Of a DNA stretch of 64,000 bases, positions 24,631 to 36,975 are shown one piece after another. The first letter of the stretch is position 1. Each line of letters begins with the position of its first letter. Below the pieces are notes generated by a model, which did no database searches, was not told the origin of the DNA, and worked only from the letters and a program-made list of their open reading frames with translations. Made by a program: the position numbers and the translations under genes. The stretch comes from Cetorhinus maximus (lineage: Eukaryota): the NCBI RefSeq assembly GCF_964194155.1, contig NC_135881.1, positions 209,250,001 to 209,314,000 on the forward strand, in the 5' to 3' direction.

Positions 24631-26167
24631 GAGTTGGCAGAAGTTTACACATATTTCCTTATTAAACCACTGAAACATGATGATGTTTGATATAGCATTC
24701 CTTATTCATTTTCAGTAAAAATCTCTTAATAACCTGTGTCTTTGACCTTAACCTGCAAAATACTATTCCCTATCATATTCAAATGTTATTATGAACTGTG
24801 ATATATTTCTGGTACTTTTCTGAGTGAGGTAGGCTATTCTAGTCAGCTTGCTAATGTGAGTCAAGCCTTTTACAAGGAGCTCAGTTCATTTTTTACAAAA
24901 TAACTTTATATAGCATCTATATTTCCATGAAAGAGAGGAGGTTATTGCCACAATGATTCAAACCCTGGTTCCATGGTTAAATGATAGCGTGCCAAGCCCT
25001 CCTCCCCACTATAATACCCACTTCTTCCTATTCTTATCATTTTAGTTATATATTGCTTCAATTTTTAGGTTCAATCTTCAAATTTTCAAATTCATAATTC
25101 ATTTGCAGAAAACTCAATACAAAATATTTTTTTTCCCCAATGATTTTCATTTTCTTCAGAAGTTGGCAGCTTATGCACAGTTTCCTGGGTGCCACACATC
25201 CTTTGGCACCTCACGCAAATGGGCATTTTTCACCTTCGAGACTAGATGAGTACTGTGAGGATGCCACAGGCATGGCTGGTTCTGCTCACAAATGTCCTTT
25301 TTTCCACCAGGTCCCACTGGATAGCGATCAAAAGTGGAAACCCAGGCTGAAGTTTCCCTTCTAAACTTAGGGGCAATGTGATGACTTGAGTTGCCCCACT
25401 GCCTCCTCACTGAGTTCAACCAAGTCAGTACAGTCTGAACATTTAACTTGGTCCCCTCTAACCTGTGTGTTTCAGTTATTAACTAGCTCTACCAAGTGAA
25501 CTATCAGGAGAGACTAGCAATCTATCCACAACTAGCTGGACAGTTCTACATCGGCCTGGTATCTGCCTGGTAGCAGTTCCTTGGTTTCAATACTTATCCT
25601 AACATTCACTGATGCTGAATCAATGTCTATGTTCTTGATGTCTTCAAGATTACCAATTTTTGTGAGGGTTTGGCTTATAATTCTACTACTGCTGGATAAA
25701 TGAAATATTTTCAAGCCGTTGGCTGTTTCAAGAAGAGTCTAATACTCCGTTTATACGCAGTTTGGTGAATCAGCGTTTCACTTTTCATTACAAATATATA
25801 TCATTGAGATTTATCATGATCAGTGAACCCCATTCAATATTGTTTTCAATAAGTATTCACAAGGGAAGATTTAAGCCCCTCTAAACAAACATATCCAAAT
25901 AAAATCAATAATTTGGTTATAAATTAGATGGAAGTCCTAGTCATGCTAATAGGGCTCAAAACAAATAAATCCTCCAATAATAGATGGTATATTTTGCAGT
26001 TAAATTATGCTGAAAGAAACTAGGGAAAAGATTTAGTTCAGTGAAAATCATTATGAAAGAGGTAATGGACACAGGGGAGGTCTCAGAGGTTGGAAACAGG
26101 CCAACGTGTGCCCAGATTAAAATTGCAGCACACAACAGGCACAGGCAACGACAAACCTATTAAGCCT

Positions 26168-29100
26168 ATTTTTTTTTTCTGAATTCATTTACAGGATGTG
26201 GGCCTCACTGGCTGGGCCAGCATTTATTGTCCATACCTAATTGCCCTTGAGAAGGTGGTGGTGAGCTGCCTTCTTGAACCGCTGCAGACCCTGATGGGTA
26301 GGTACACCCACAGTGATATTAGGGAGGATGTTTCAGGATTTTGACCCAGTGACAGTGAAAGAACGATGATATATTTTCAAGTCAGGATGGTGAGTGGCTT
26401 GGAGAGGAACTTCCAGGTGGTTGTGTTCCTATTTATCTGTTGCCCTTGACCTTCTAGATGGTAGCGGTCATGGGTTTGGAAGGTGCTGCCCAAGGAGCCT
26501 TGGTGAATTTCTGCAGTGCATCTTGTAGATGGTACACACTGTTGCTATTATGCATCGGTGATGAAGGCAGTGAATGTTTGTGGAAGGGGTGCCAAACAAG
26601 TGGCTGCATTTTCCTGGATGGTGACAAGCTTCTTGACCGTTGTTAGAGCTGCACTCATCCAGACAAGTGGAGAGTATTCCATCACACTCCTGACTTGTGC
26701 CTTTTGATGGTGGACAAGCTTTGGGAAGTCAGGAGGGGAGTTACTCGCCATAGAATTCCTAGCCTCTGAACTGCTCTTGTAGCCACAGTATTTATATGGC
26801 TAGTCCAGTTCAGTTTCTGGTCAATGGTAACCCCCCAGGATGCTGATAGTGGCGGATTCAGCGATGGCAATGCCATTGAATGTTTAGGGATGATGGTTAG
26901 ATTCTCTCTTGTTGGAGATGGTCATTGCCTGGCACTTGTGTGAAACAAATGTTACTTGCCACTTGCCAGCCCAAGCCTAGATATTGTCCAGGTCTTGCTG
27001 CATTTGGACATGGACTGCTTCAGTATCTGAGGAGTCATGAATGGTGCTGAACATGGTACAATCATCAGCAAACGTCCCTACATCTGAGAATATGATGAAA
27101 GGAAGGTCATTGATGAAGCAGCTGAAGATGGTTCGGCTGAGGACACTACCCTGAGGAACTCCTGCAGTGATGTCCTGGAGCTGAGATGACAGACCTCCAA
27201 CAACCACAACCATCTTCCTTTGTGTTAGATATGACTCCAACCAGCGGAGAGTTTCCTCCCTGATTCCCATTGACTCCAGTTTTGCTAGGGCTCCTTGATG
27301 TCACACTCGGTCAAATGCTACCTTGATGTCAAGGGCAGTCACTCTCACCTCACCCCGGGAGTTCAGCTCTTTTGTCCATGTTTGAACCAAGGTTGTAATG
27401 AGGTCAGAAGCTGACTGCCCCTGGCGGAAACCATACTGAGTGAGAGTATTGCTGTGTAAGTGCCGCTTGATAGCACTGTTGATGACCCCTTCCATCACTT
27501 AACTGATGATCGAGAGTAGACTGATGGGGCAGTAATTGGCTGGGTTGGATGTGTCCTGCTTTTTGTGTACAGAACATACCTGGGCAATTTTCCAGATAGC
27601 CGGGTGGATGCCAGTGTTGTAGCTGAACTGGAACAGCTTGGCTAGGGGCGTGGCAAGTTCTGGAGCACAAGTCTTCAGTACTATACCTGGAATATTGTCA
27701 GGGCCCATAGCCTTTGCAGTATCCGGTGCCTTTAGTCGTTTCTTGATACCACGTGGAGTGAATTGATTTGGCTGAACACTGGCATCTGTGATGCTGGGGA
27801 CCTCTGGAGGAGGCCGAGATGGATCATCCACTCGGCACTTCTAGCTGAAGATTGTTGCAAATGCTTCAGCCTTATCTTTTGCAGTCATGTGCTGGGCTCC
27901 TCCATCATTGAGGATTGGGATATTTGTGGAGCCTCCTGCTCCAGTGAGTTGTTTAATTGTCCACCGCCATTCATCACTCGATGTGGCAGAACTGCAGAGC
28001 TTAGATCTGATCCTTTGGTTGTGGGATTGCTTAGCTCTGTCTATCACTTGCTGCTTATGCTGTTTGGCACACAAGTAGTCCAGTGTTGTAGCTTCACTAG
28101 GTTGACACCTCATTTTTAGGTATGCCTGGTGCTGCTCCTGGCATGCCCTCCTGCACTCTTCATTGAACCAGGGTTGATTCCCTGGCATGATGGTGATGGT
28201 AGAGTGGGGAATATGCCAGACCATGAGTTTACAGATTGTGGTTGAATACAATTCTGCTACTGCTGATGGCTCACAGTGTCTCATGGATGCCCAGTCTTGG
28301 GTTGCTAGATCTGTTCGAAATCTATCCCATTTAGCACGGTGGTAGTGCCACACAACATGTTGGAGGGTATCCTCAATGTGAAGGCGGGACTTCATCTCCA
28401 CAAGGTCTGTGCAGTGGTCACTCCTACCGATACTATCATGGACAGATACATCTGCGACAGGCAAGTTGATGAGGATGAGGTTGAGTACGTTTTTTCCTCT
28501 TCTTGGTTCCCTCACCACCTGCCACAGACCCAGTCTAGCAGCTATGTCCTTTAGGACTCGGCCAGCTCGGTCAGTAGTGGTGCTACCGAGACACTCTTGG
28601 TGATGGACATTGAAGCCCCCCACCCAGAGTACATTCTGGGCCTTTGCCACTTTCAGTGCTTCCTCCAAGTGGTGTTCAACATGTAGGAGCACTGATTCAT
28701 CAGCTGAGGGAGGGCGTTACGTGGTAATCAGCAAGAGGTTTCCTTACCCATGTTTGACCTGATACCATGTGACTTCATGGGGTCTGGAGTTGATGTTGAG
28801 GACTCCCAGGGTAACTCCCTCCTGACTGTATACCACTGTGCCACCACCCCTGCCCGGTCTGTCCTGCCAGTGGGACAGGATATACCCAGGGATGGTGATG
28901 GTGGTGTCTAGGACATTATTTGCAAGCTATGATTCCGTGAAGATGACTATGTCAGGCTGTTGCTTGAGTAGTCAGTGAGACAGCTGTCCCCAGATGTTAT
29001 TATGGAGGCCTTTGCAGGGGCGACAGGGCTGGATTTGCTGCTGCCGTTTCCAGTGCCTAGGTCGATGCCGGACGGTCTGCCTGGTTTCATTCCTTTTTGT

Positions 29101-29431
29101 TGACTTTTTAATGGTTTGGTACAGCTGCGTGGCTTACTAGGCCATTTCAGAGGGCATTTAGGTGTCAACCACACTACTGCAGATCTAGAGTCAGATGTAG
29201 GCCGGACCAGGTGAGGACGGCAGATTTCCTTCCCTGAAGGACATTCATGAGCCAGATGGGTTTTTAAGACAATCGGCAATGGTCATGGCCATCATTAGAG
29301 TTTTAACTTCAGATTTATATTGAATTCAAACTCCACCATCTGCCATGGCAGGATTTGAACCCAGGTCCCATAGAGCTTTACCCTGGCTCTCTGGATTACC
29401 GGTCCAGTGACAATACCACTACGCCACTGCC
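26168..29431 (-). mobile_element. Near full-length (about 3.26 kb) single-ORF APE-RT LINE (CR1-group) with a tRNA-derived 5' head
   Basis: Leader 29431-29091 with A-box 'tggcgtagtgg' and B-box 'ggttcaaatcc'; ATG at 29090; APE and RT motifs; 3' tail with AATAAA and poly(A) at about 26168-26180. Confidence 0.92.
26230..29090 (-). pseudogene. Disrupted APE endonuclease-reverse transcriptase ORF of the LINE
   Basis: APE: 'WVGGFNVHH', 'GRSDH'. RT: 'NYCPISLLS', 'QYGFRQG', 'LDIKVAFDRV', 'GVPQGSVL', 'FADDCT'. Several stops and frameshifts; 3' end approximate. Confidence 0.9.
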
Positions 29432-29960
29432 ATGAAAAATATTGAAATTGGCTATCAAGAATAAGGATTATCTGTACGACATTTATTAAGTCAATAGCAA
29501 TCAACATGTCTTCAGAAGGGAAAGGTCCTGTTTAACCAATCTGCCTGACCTCTTTATGGAAGTGTTAATCCCAGTGGATTGTGGTAAACCATATGACATG
29601 GTGTATATTGACTTCCAAAAGGCTTTTGACAAAGTCCCACATAGAAGACTATTAATTAAACTCAAAACTGTGGAAATTCAGGGTAAAGAAACGTACATTA
29701 TTAGCCTGGAATCCTAGGAATGGCTGGTAATCTTGTTAAAGGATAGGAATAATGTGAGTACTCATTAGCAAAGCTGTGTCTGAGTGGGTGGTTAAGAATT
29801 CAGTGGGCTACCTTAAGGCTTAGCAATGGGACCATTACTCTTTCCAAATCACAGAAACACCCTGGATCCAAAAAATTAAGGTAAAATAGGCAAATTTGAA
29901 GATGCTATCTAACTGTAAGGGGTAGTGGAATGAGAAGGAGAAGCTCAAAAATTACATAAT

Positions 29961-30740
29961 ATTCCAGGTTTTGATTTAAGAATAAAGGTGAGACTATTAG
30001 TGCTCACTGTTGTTATGGATTAAGCCACATAAAAATTCTGCATGCGCACAGTTAAACATTGAAATCCAGACTCGAAACGTCGACTCTTTTCTTCTCCACC
30101 GATGCTGCCAGACCTACTGAGTTTTTCCAGGTAATTGTGTTTTTGTTTTGAAATCCAGAAACCTGGCAATGAAATCCATGTAAAGGCACCAAGTTGCTGT
30201 ACTTACTCATTAGATAACCACAAAAAATGCCAAAAGTAGTTAGGGCTAATGCATTCAGGTAGAAGAGATTTTTTAATGGCATGATAAGTCTTAATGGTTG
30301 GGAAACAACCTCTCTGGTTCAGAAAGTTTAATGTTACCGATGTGTAATTTCATTCCTTAAGATTTTAATTATTGCTGGAGGTTTAAAAAATGAAAATATA
30401 GGATTTTGTTTTACTTTTTCTTTCTGTCTCTTTCATTTCTCTCTTAATATGATCTCTCTGATGTTTCTTTCCCTTCCTTTATTTTATTTTTTGTATATGA
30501 TCTTTCAATAAATTAAATATAATTTACACTTCCTGATTTACACTGTGTGAGGGTTCTTCAATCTGATTGGTTGAAGAGACAGGCTGTTTTTTGTCCTGCT
30601 GACACACTTCTCAGGGTCTCTGTAGATGTTGCCATACTGCTTCAAACACTGAATGGCAGCAAAATTCTGATCAAAATTCCATGATCAATGTAATGACTGG
30701 CAAGCACCATCCCTTTGCCGCTACCTGTAAAATCTGGGCC
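29961..30740. mobile_element. Old Harbinger-type MITE inserted in the CR1
   Basis: Ends attccaggtttt / aaaatctgggcc (8/12 inverted match); 3-bp TSD aat; the CR1 frame rejoins as KLHN|NLNKI. Confidence 0.6.
30071..30147 (+). mobile_element. 77-bp Penelope-like insertion carrying the 3' half of the hammerhead (GUC site)
   Basis: Perfect 12-bp TSD 'ttgaaatccaga' (30059-30070 and 30148-30159); 'ctcGAAACGTCgactc...gatgctgccagacct' matches 12537-12617. Confidence 0.85.
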
Positions 30741-31204
30741 AATAACTTAAACAAGATCTATAATTCAGTAAAATAATGGGACTCACTGCAGACAAAGTAC
30801 CACAGATAGGCAGAAAAATACTTAATGTATGGTATTGCAATGGCTAACAATGGCCAGTTACCAAACATTCAATCAATGTAGATCATCAATCAACAATGCC
30901 AATAGGATGTTGAACTGCAAAGCCAAAAGGGTAGAAAATAGATCAGAGAAAGAGGTGATTAAGCTTTATGGAGCTCTCGTCAGCTTATGCCTTGAATATA
31001 GCTGAAAACAATGAAAAACCATGAGGTTCGGGTGCAGGACTATACAAGAAAAGTCTAGAGAAACCTGGATATCCCAGTATGAAGTATAAGCATCTGAGAG
31101 ATGACATTATAAAGGTGTCTCAGGCTGTTAAGAATATAGAAAAAAAATCAACCTGGAATATTGCTTCAAATTAATCTGCAGAAGTAGAACTAGGGGACAC
31201 AGGG

Positions 31205-32710
31205 TGGTTATGGGCAGGGGAGAGGTGGCAGATTGGTCCCTATTTTACCACTTCTCAACTAACAAAACAAGATGTCTTTTAAAGAACAAAATGTTTTAAC
31301 CCCTTCAGTGCTGTGACTCTTAAAACTCTTAATCCCTGGGATTGCGAGATTGTTTTACGAGGAGAGATTGAGGAGACTGAGTGTGTATGCCCTAGAGTTT
31401 CAAAGAATGAGGGGTGAACTCATTGAAATGTACAAAATTCTTACAGGGTGTGACAGGGTGGATATTGATCGGATGTTTCCCATGTCTGGTGAGTCTAGAA
31501 CCAGGGGACACCGTTTCAGAATAAGGGGTAGGTCATTTAAGACTGAGATGAGGAGGAATTTCTACACTGCAGAAGTTCAAGAAGGAGGTTCACCACCACC
31601 TACTCAAGAGTAATTAGGGATGGGCAATAAATGCTGGCCTAGTCAGCAAAACCCACATCCCATGAATGAAAAAGAAAAAACTCAGAGGGGTGGTGAATCT
31701 TTGGAATTCTGTACTCCATAGGGCTGTGGAAGCTTTATCATTGAACATGTATAGATTTCTGGAGACCAATGACATCAAGAGATAGCGTGGGAAAGTGGCA
31801 TTGAGGTAGATGATCAACCATGGTCTAATTGAATGGTAGAGCAGGCTTGATGGGCTGAATGGCCTACCCCTGTTCCTATGTTCCTAACAGACACAAAACA
31901 GGCTTTCATGTAAATTTAAATTAAAAGAAAGAATAAACATTTATTTCTCAACACCCGAATGTAATCGCAACAACACCCATTCACTTATACACACACATAA
32001 ACATACACACAAGGAAAGATGATTACAAAAGAGATAGCATGCACTTAGATTTTCTAAAGTGTCCAAAAGGTCACTCTTATCATTAGTTTTCGAGATGATA
32101 GCTGGAAACATTGCAGGTTTTAGGATTCTCTCATGGTTCACTAAAGACAACGGAGGTTGAAAGTTTTCGTCGATGAATTCGCAATGTCTTACTCCTCGCA
32201 ACAGTAGGTTTCTGGCTTGTTTAGCAAATCTGTAGGTAAAAGGATAGCCTCCAATTTTCTGCTTGTTAGGATTCTAGGCAGGATCCTGTCATTTTTCTTG
32301 GCAGGATCTCTTCCCTCTAGGCTCACTTTGCCTCTCAGACTGACTGACCTCTGGGCTATTGCTCAAGATGTCAGTTTATAAGATGTTCCTTACCATAAGC
32401 TGGTTTGTGTCATGTGATCATAGTATCTGTGTTCCCATTGTTCACACAAATAGTCCCTGATGATATCAGCATTGATACACAATGGAATTTGAATCTCAGT
32501 CATTGGCTCCACAAAGGAATGTCCAAACGGTTGTTTATATTTAATGTCCTGACTGGACAGGCAGGCTATTGCCTACCTTGGACAATTTCATGTATATTTG
32601 TAGATAAGGAAGGAGATCACCTGACCCTCTGGACTTCATTTTGTCTCAAGGTAAATTGTCCATGCTCTATTCTGCTTCTAGGTAAAATGTCAGGATATTG
32701 ATTTCACACA
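31205..32710 (-). mobile_element. Probable solo LTR of a second family, interrupted by a CR1 3' fragment
   Basis: Separates two halves of the ancient CR1 3' end; '(t)ggttatggg' left end and minus-strand AATAAA near 31940. Termini and TSD are not clean. Confidence 0.35.
31328..31886 (+). mobile_element. CR1 3' end with a nested tail of the tRNA-headed LINE (about 31566-31680)
   Basis: 'YEERLRRL..YALEFQRMRGELIEMYKIL'; tail 'gttcctatgttcct'; the insert matches 16296-16400. Confidence 0.9.
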
Positions 32711-33094
32711 AAGAGTAATAAACTTCTACATAAAAAAAATTGGAGGCAAATTCTCAGAACCTTTTAAAGGACAATTAGATGTTGCATTTTGGAAGAAGAC
32801 ATTTAGCTCCTTCTGGCTAGATGAATCAACTGGAGCAAAAGGGCTTTTTAAATCTGTTAATATATCGTAATCTTGTGTTTTAATCTCTTTGGTTACCTTA
32901 AATTAAAATACTTTGTATGAATGGTTTGTTGGTTTACTTCACTTCATATGGTGGTTCATTAATACTACCTACTCACAATTACATAGTTAGAAGGGACCTT
33001 TGATTATTTGCACCAAATTAAAGGAATTTTCCAAAACTCCTTTAATTAGAGGCTTGGGGATAACGGTGCGACGGGGAAACAATAATATGAGTGA

Positions 33095-34372
33095 GTGTTA
33101 GGAAATAGAGATAGTTTAAGTATGTTATATTTGTATTTGTGGGTGTTAGGAATGAGTTTTCACTTTAATCTCCAAGTTTGATTTATATTTCTGTATGTGT
33201 CTGTTAAGAAAGGCCAAATGGAGTTTTAGTTTCACTTTAAAAAGGTGCTTGCATTTCTAATGAGAGTTTCACGACTTAGAAGAATTGGACTGTTGCCTAG
33301 CAACAGGAGGCCTGAGAGGCATGTCCCTCCCACAGACACACACACAAAAGCTAGAAATAGCAGTGTGTTTTTGGAGCTGTTGAAGTTCAGCAGGTTTTGA
33401 AGACAGCTGTCAAACAGAAGCCACCTAGAAGGGGACAGATAGCCAGTCACAAGCTAAGGAAAAGACCCAGAAATCCAGGGCAAGGGAGGAAGAGAAAGTC
33501 CCAAGCAGACCTTCCAATCAATGGAAGGACAAGAACCTGGAAAAGGTCCACTTAATTAAGTTAAGAGTAAGGAGCAGAGAGAAAGGCTCCAAGCTTCTGA
33601 TTTAAAGAGACAAAAGCTGCAGAAAGCAGATTTAAAGCAAGTACAGCTTGCAAGAGGTGAGAAGGTCCAAAGAAACAGCTGAAGGTCTGTAACTCTTTGC
33701 TATGGGCATGTGAAGCAATGGTACCATTGACAGCTGAGTCGATGAGACAGAGTGCATGGAAGACAGCTCGAGTGCATGTGGTGACCCAGGGAAGAGGAAC
33801 ATCAGAAGGAGAGTTCAAAACCCTGGAGGTGAACCCTTGTGGAAAGTGTCTGAGAGAAAGCATCGGTTTGGGAGAAGATTCCAAAGCGAGTCCTTGGAGA
33901 GTGGAGATTGGAAACCCTCGTGTGAAGGACGGGGTTCAGTGAGACTGGTGGCTCATGGTGAGACAAGCATCTGGGGGGAGTTGAGGACAGATCCATAGCA
34001 TCTGGTTCAGGTGGCATCTGCCACTTGGTTTCAGAGTGTGGTGTGTTTGACAACAGGTCGCCATAGGTTTACATGGACTGGGTACTTACTGTGAATATTA
34101 GAGTATAAGATAGCTTTTGTAACTTGTGGTATCCTTACAAATCTGTATATATCTGTAAAGGTATAGTTGTGGGTGAAGGAATATTGTAATATAGTTCGTA
34201 TTTTCTTGTTGTATAAATGTTTTATTCTTTTGTTAAAAGTTCATCAGCTGATTCCCGGTGACTCTGTTCAGCAGCAGTATCTAAATTAACAAATAAAAGT
34301 TAGGATCTATCAAGCTGGTTTCCATTCTGGGATCTGGCTTGTCCAGGGGTAACCTCAGCTTGGATCATAACA
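33095..34372 (+). mobile_element. Solo LTR family A copy 3
   Basis: (G)TGTTAGG...TCATAACA; flanks gtga(g) on both sides. Confidence 0.92.
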
Positions 34373-35794
34373 GTGAGTTACTGATAATGTATCATCCGCT
34401 AACTATTTACATCCCAGTTAAGAAGGCAAATTATGCTAGGTGGCTATGGATAGCCAGCATTATCCTTTAATCAAGCTATCTGAATGTGCCATTCCATGCT
34501 ATTTTACTCTTAGTTACTTTGAAACCTTGGTGCAACAGAGATATACTTCATCACCCCACTCCACCTGCAGCAATGGAGTTTCTTTAATGCCATTAAATAT
34601 AGTAAATATACATCTAGGCATTTAATTTTGGTATGTAAAATTAACTGCACATATCCCCATTGAAATCAATGGAGCTGTAAGACAAAACACAGTTCCCATA
34701 ATGTCGTGCACTAAGTTCTCATTTTGCTTGGTGATGAAACTTTTGGTTAACATTTTTGAAAAATGGATCTGGTAGACTTTCCAAAATTGTTTATTTGTAA
34801 ATAAATCAGTACAGACTTTATAACCTGGAGTTATATAATAAAGTTGCTGGTGTCCTATTAGATTTGCCAGCAGAGTTACAATGTAAGTATGGCATTCTGA
34901 AAATTATTGTGCTCAGCTTGATCTCATTTGCAATTTTAAGTATAAGTAATGTTATATTTTAAAATACGAGGGGGTGGATCGATGAAAATATCCCTCGGTT
35001 ACTACCAAAAATGCAGATCAAAAACAATAAATTATTTTTCATTTTGTAGATCGTGTTAAGCAGCACATCTGAATATACTTAGATATGTCATAACATCATC
35101 GGATATTAATCTCAAAATATTAAAACAGGGATTCAATTATTCTGGTCATGTTGATCTTGAAATGAAATGTGACTTGATAAGGTTTGCTCCATCTTAATTG
35201 TTATTTAACTCCTTTTATGCAGATTGATAAATGTTTGGAATAGAGCTGATTGAGGCAAATATATTGAGGTTGCTCAAAGTACAATAAGATGTCATGACAG
35301 AGAGTTAATATCCAGAAGAGGTAGACTTCAATGGACTGAATTGCCTTTTATTTTTCCTGATTTCTGTGTTGTTTTTAACTTTGGAGCAGTGTGATTTGAA
35401 GTGTGCCTTAAACCCATCTTCGGGAAAATAATTAAATGAGGAATGGTTCCGTGTCAGTGCTAAATGTAGAAACGTGGTTCAGCATAAAGATTCACATATT
35501 AATCTTCACCTTACACTTGTGAATGAAACAGCTGGAACATACTGCAAGAAAGGCACATCTCTTGAAACTGAAGTACCTGATTCACCAAGTACATTCAACT
35601 AATGGAAAAATTTAGATTCTGTTTAGATTCTAATTTCTGTTGCATGTTTTTGAGATCAGACACTGTTGGATGTTCACAACAATTTTTAATTTAACTTGTC
35701 TTATTCTGATCTTCATTTCTGCTACACAGGATTAATTAAGGGATTGTATTTGCATACACCAAGTTGAAAGATCCTTAGTAATCCAGTTTACTCA

Positions 35795-36303
35795 CAGTTC
35801 TGGTCTCCATATTGTAAAAAAGAATATAGATGCACTGAAGAAGATGCATAAAAAGATTCAAAAAGATGATACCAGACTTCAGAGGTTATATTTATCAATA
35901 AAGAATGGACAGGCTATGGCTTTTTTCTCTGGAAAAGAGAAGGCCGAAGAGTAACCTGATGGAGGTCTTTAAGATAATGAAGTGGTTCTTTAGGGTAGAT
36001 GTAGAGAAGATGTTTTCACCTGTGGGAGAGACCAAAACTAGAGTTCATAAATATAAGATAATTGCTAATAAATTCAACAAGGAGATCAGGAGAAATTTCT
36101 TTACCTAGAGAGTGGTGCCGATGTGGAATCCGTTACCATGGGGAGTAGTTGAGGAGAATAGTTTGATGCATTTAAGAGGAAACTGGATAAACACATGAAG
36201 AAAAAAGGAATAGCAAGGTATATTGATAGGGTTGGTTGAAAAGCAATTGGAGGAGACTCATGCAGGGCATAAATACTAAATGGCCTGTTTCTGTGCTGTA
36301 GAC
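35795..36303 (+). mobile_element. CR1 3' fragment
   Basis: 'LFSLEKRR...LMEVFKIMK...RRNFFT', followed by the 3' UTR. Confidence 0.85.
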
Positions 36304-36877
36304 TGGTTGTAACCTAGGTTTGTTTTGACTCAGCCTGTGCATGGGTGCAGGGGAAATGCTGTACTACTATATTCAGTAAATAGGTTGGGACAGCATGACA
36401 TGTCTCCCCATGGAATGGATGTTTACAGTCCGCAAAGTTTTGATTCAAGAAGCTTGTCTTGCTTTACCTCTCTCTTTCCCTTTTGGACATGTCAAGTGAC
36501 AGAGACCATAAAGCATATCACAGACTCCTTGCACCACTGCGGCAATGCATGGGAAGTCCCTGCACCATCGTGACTCCTGAGGCTGTGGAGCAATGTAACT
36601 GTAAAGAAGCTAGATAGGTTATTTTGTCTTTGAGGGAAAACAATCAATCCTGTTAGAAAGCTACTGCCAAAGGGCAGAAAGATAACAGTAGAACTGGATA
36701 ATTTGGCATGGCAAATATGTTACAGTAGCTAATACAAAATTATATTTTACAATACCTAATATAACACATTGCTTTACAATTAAAAATTGGTTTGCCACCG
36801 CCCCCCCCCAACCCCAAGCAGTCATTGGTCAGATTGCCTGTGTTTGTCTGGAAGTTCCTGAAATGTAAACTGATTGC

Positions 36878-36975
36878 AAAAAGCAAAAAATTGCAGATGC
36901 TGGAAATCCACAACAAAAACAAAAATACCTGGAAAAACTCAGCAGGCCTGACAGCATCTGCGGAGAGGAATACAA
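36878..36975 (-). mobile_element. Penelope-like pLTR 3' fragment
   Basis: 'gcagatgctggaaatcc...tacctggaaaaactcagcaggcctgacagcatc'. Confidence 0.8.

Larger units (their letters stand above)
25900..32850 (+). mobile_element. Ancient CR1 LINE broken by nested insertions (pieces at about 25900-26167, 29432-29960, 30741-31200, 32730-32850)
   Basis: Sequential CR1 RT motifs (WK.ANV; QH.F...SCLTNL; DFQKAFDKVPH; KFED; 'aagctttatggagctctcgtcag') rejoin across the insertions. Confidence 0.7.

Noticed and set aside
29340-29431. tRNA gene
   Set aside because: A and B boxes are present, but the sequence is a repeated retroposon head with no evident complete cloverleaf or terminator.
4395-31680. Apparent targeting of tRNA-LINE tails into CR1 elements
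   Set aside because: Insertion sites and orientations differ, and CR1 occupies much of the window, so chance explains it.
35050-35181. 132-nt segment with a good acceptor (ttttgtag) and an AAG|GTTTG donor
   Set aside because: Stop codons in all three frames, so it is not a coding exon. No other support.
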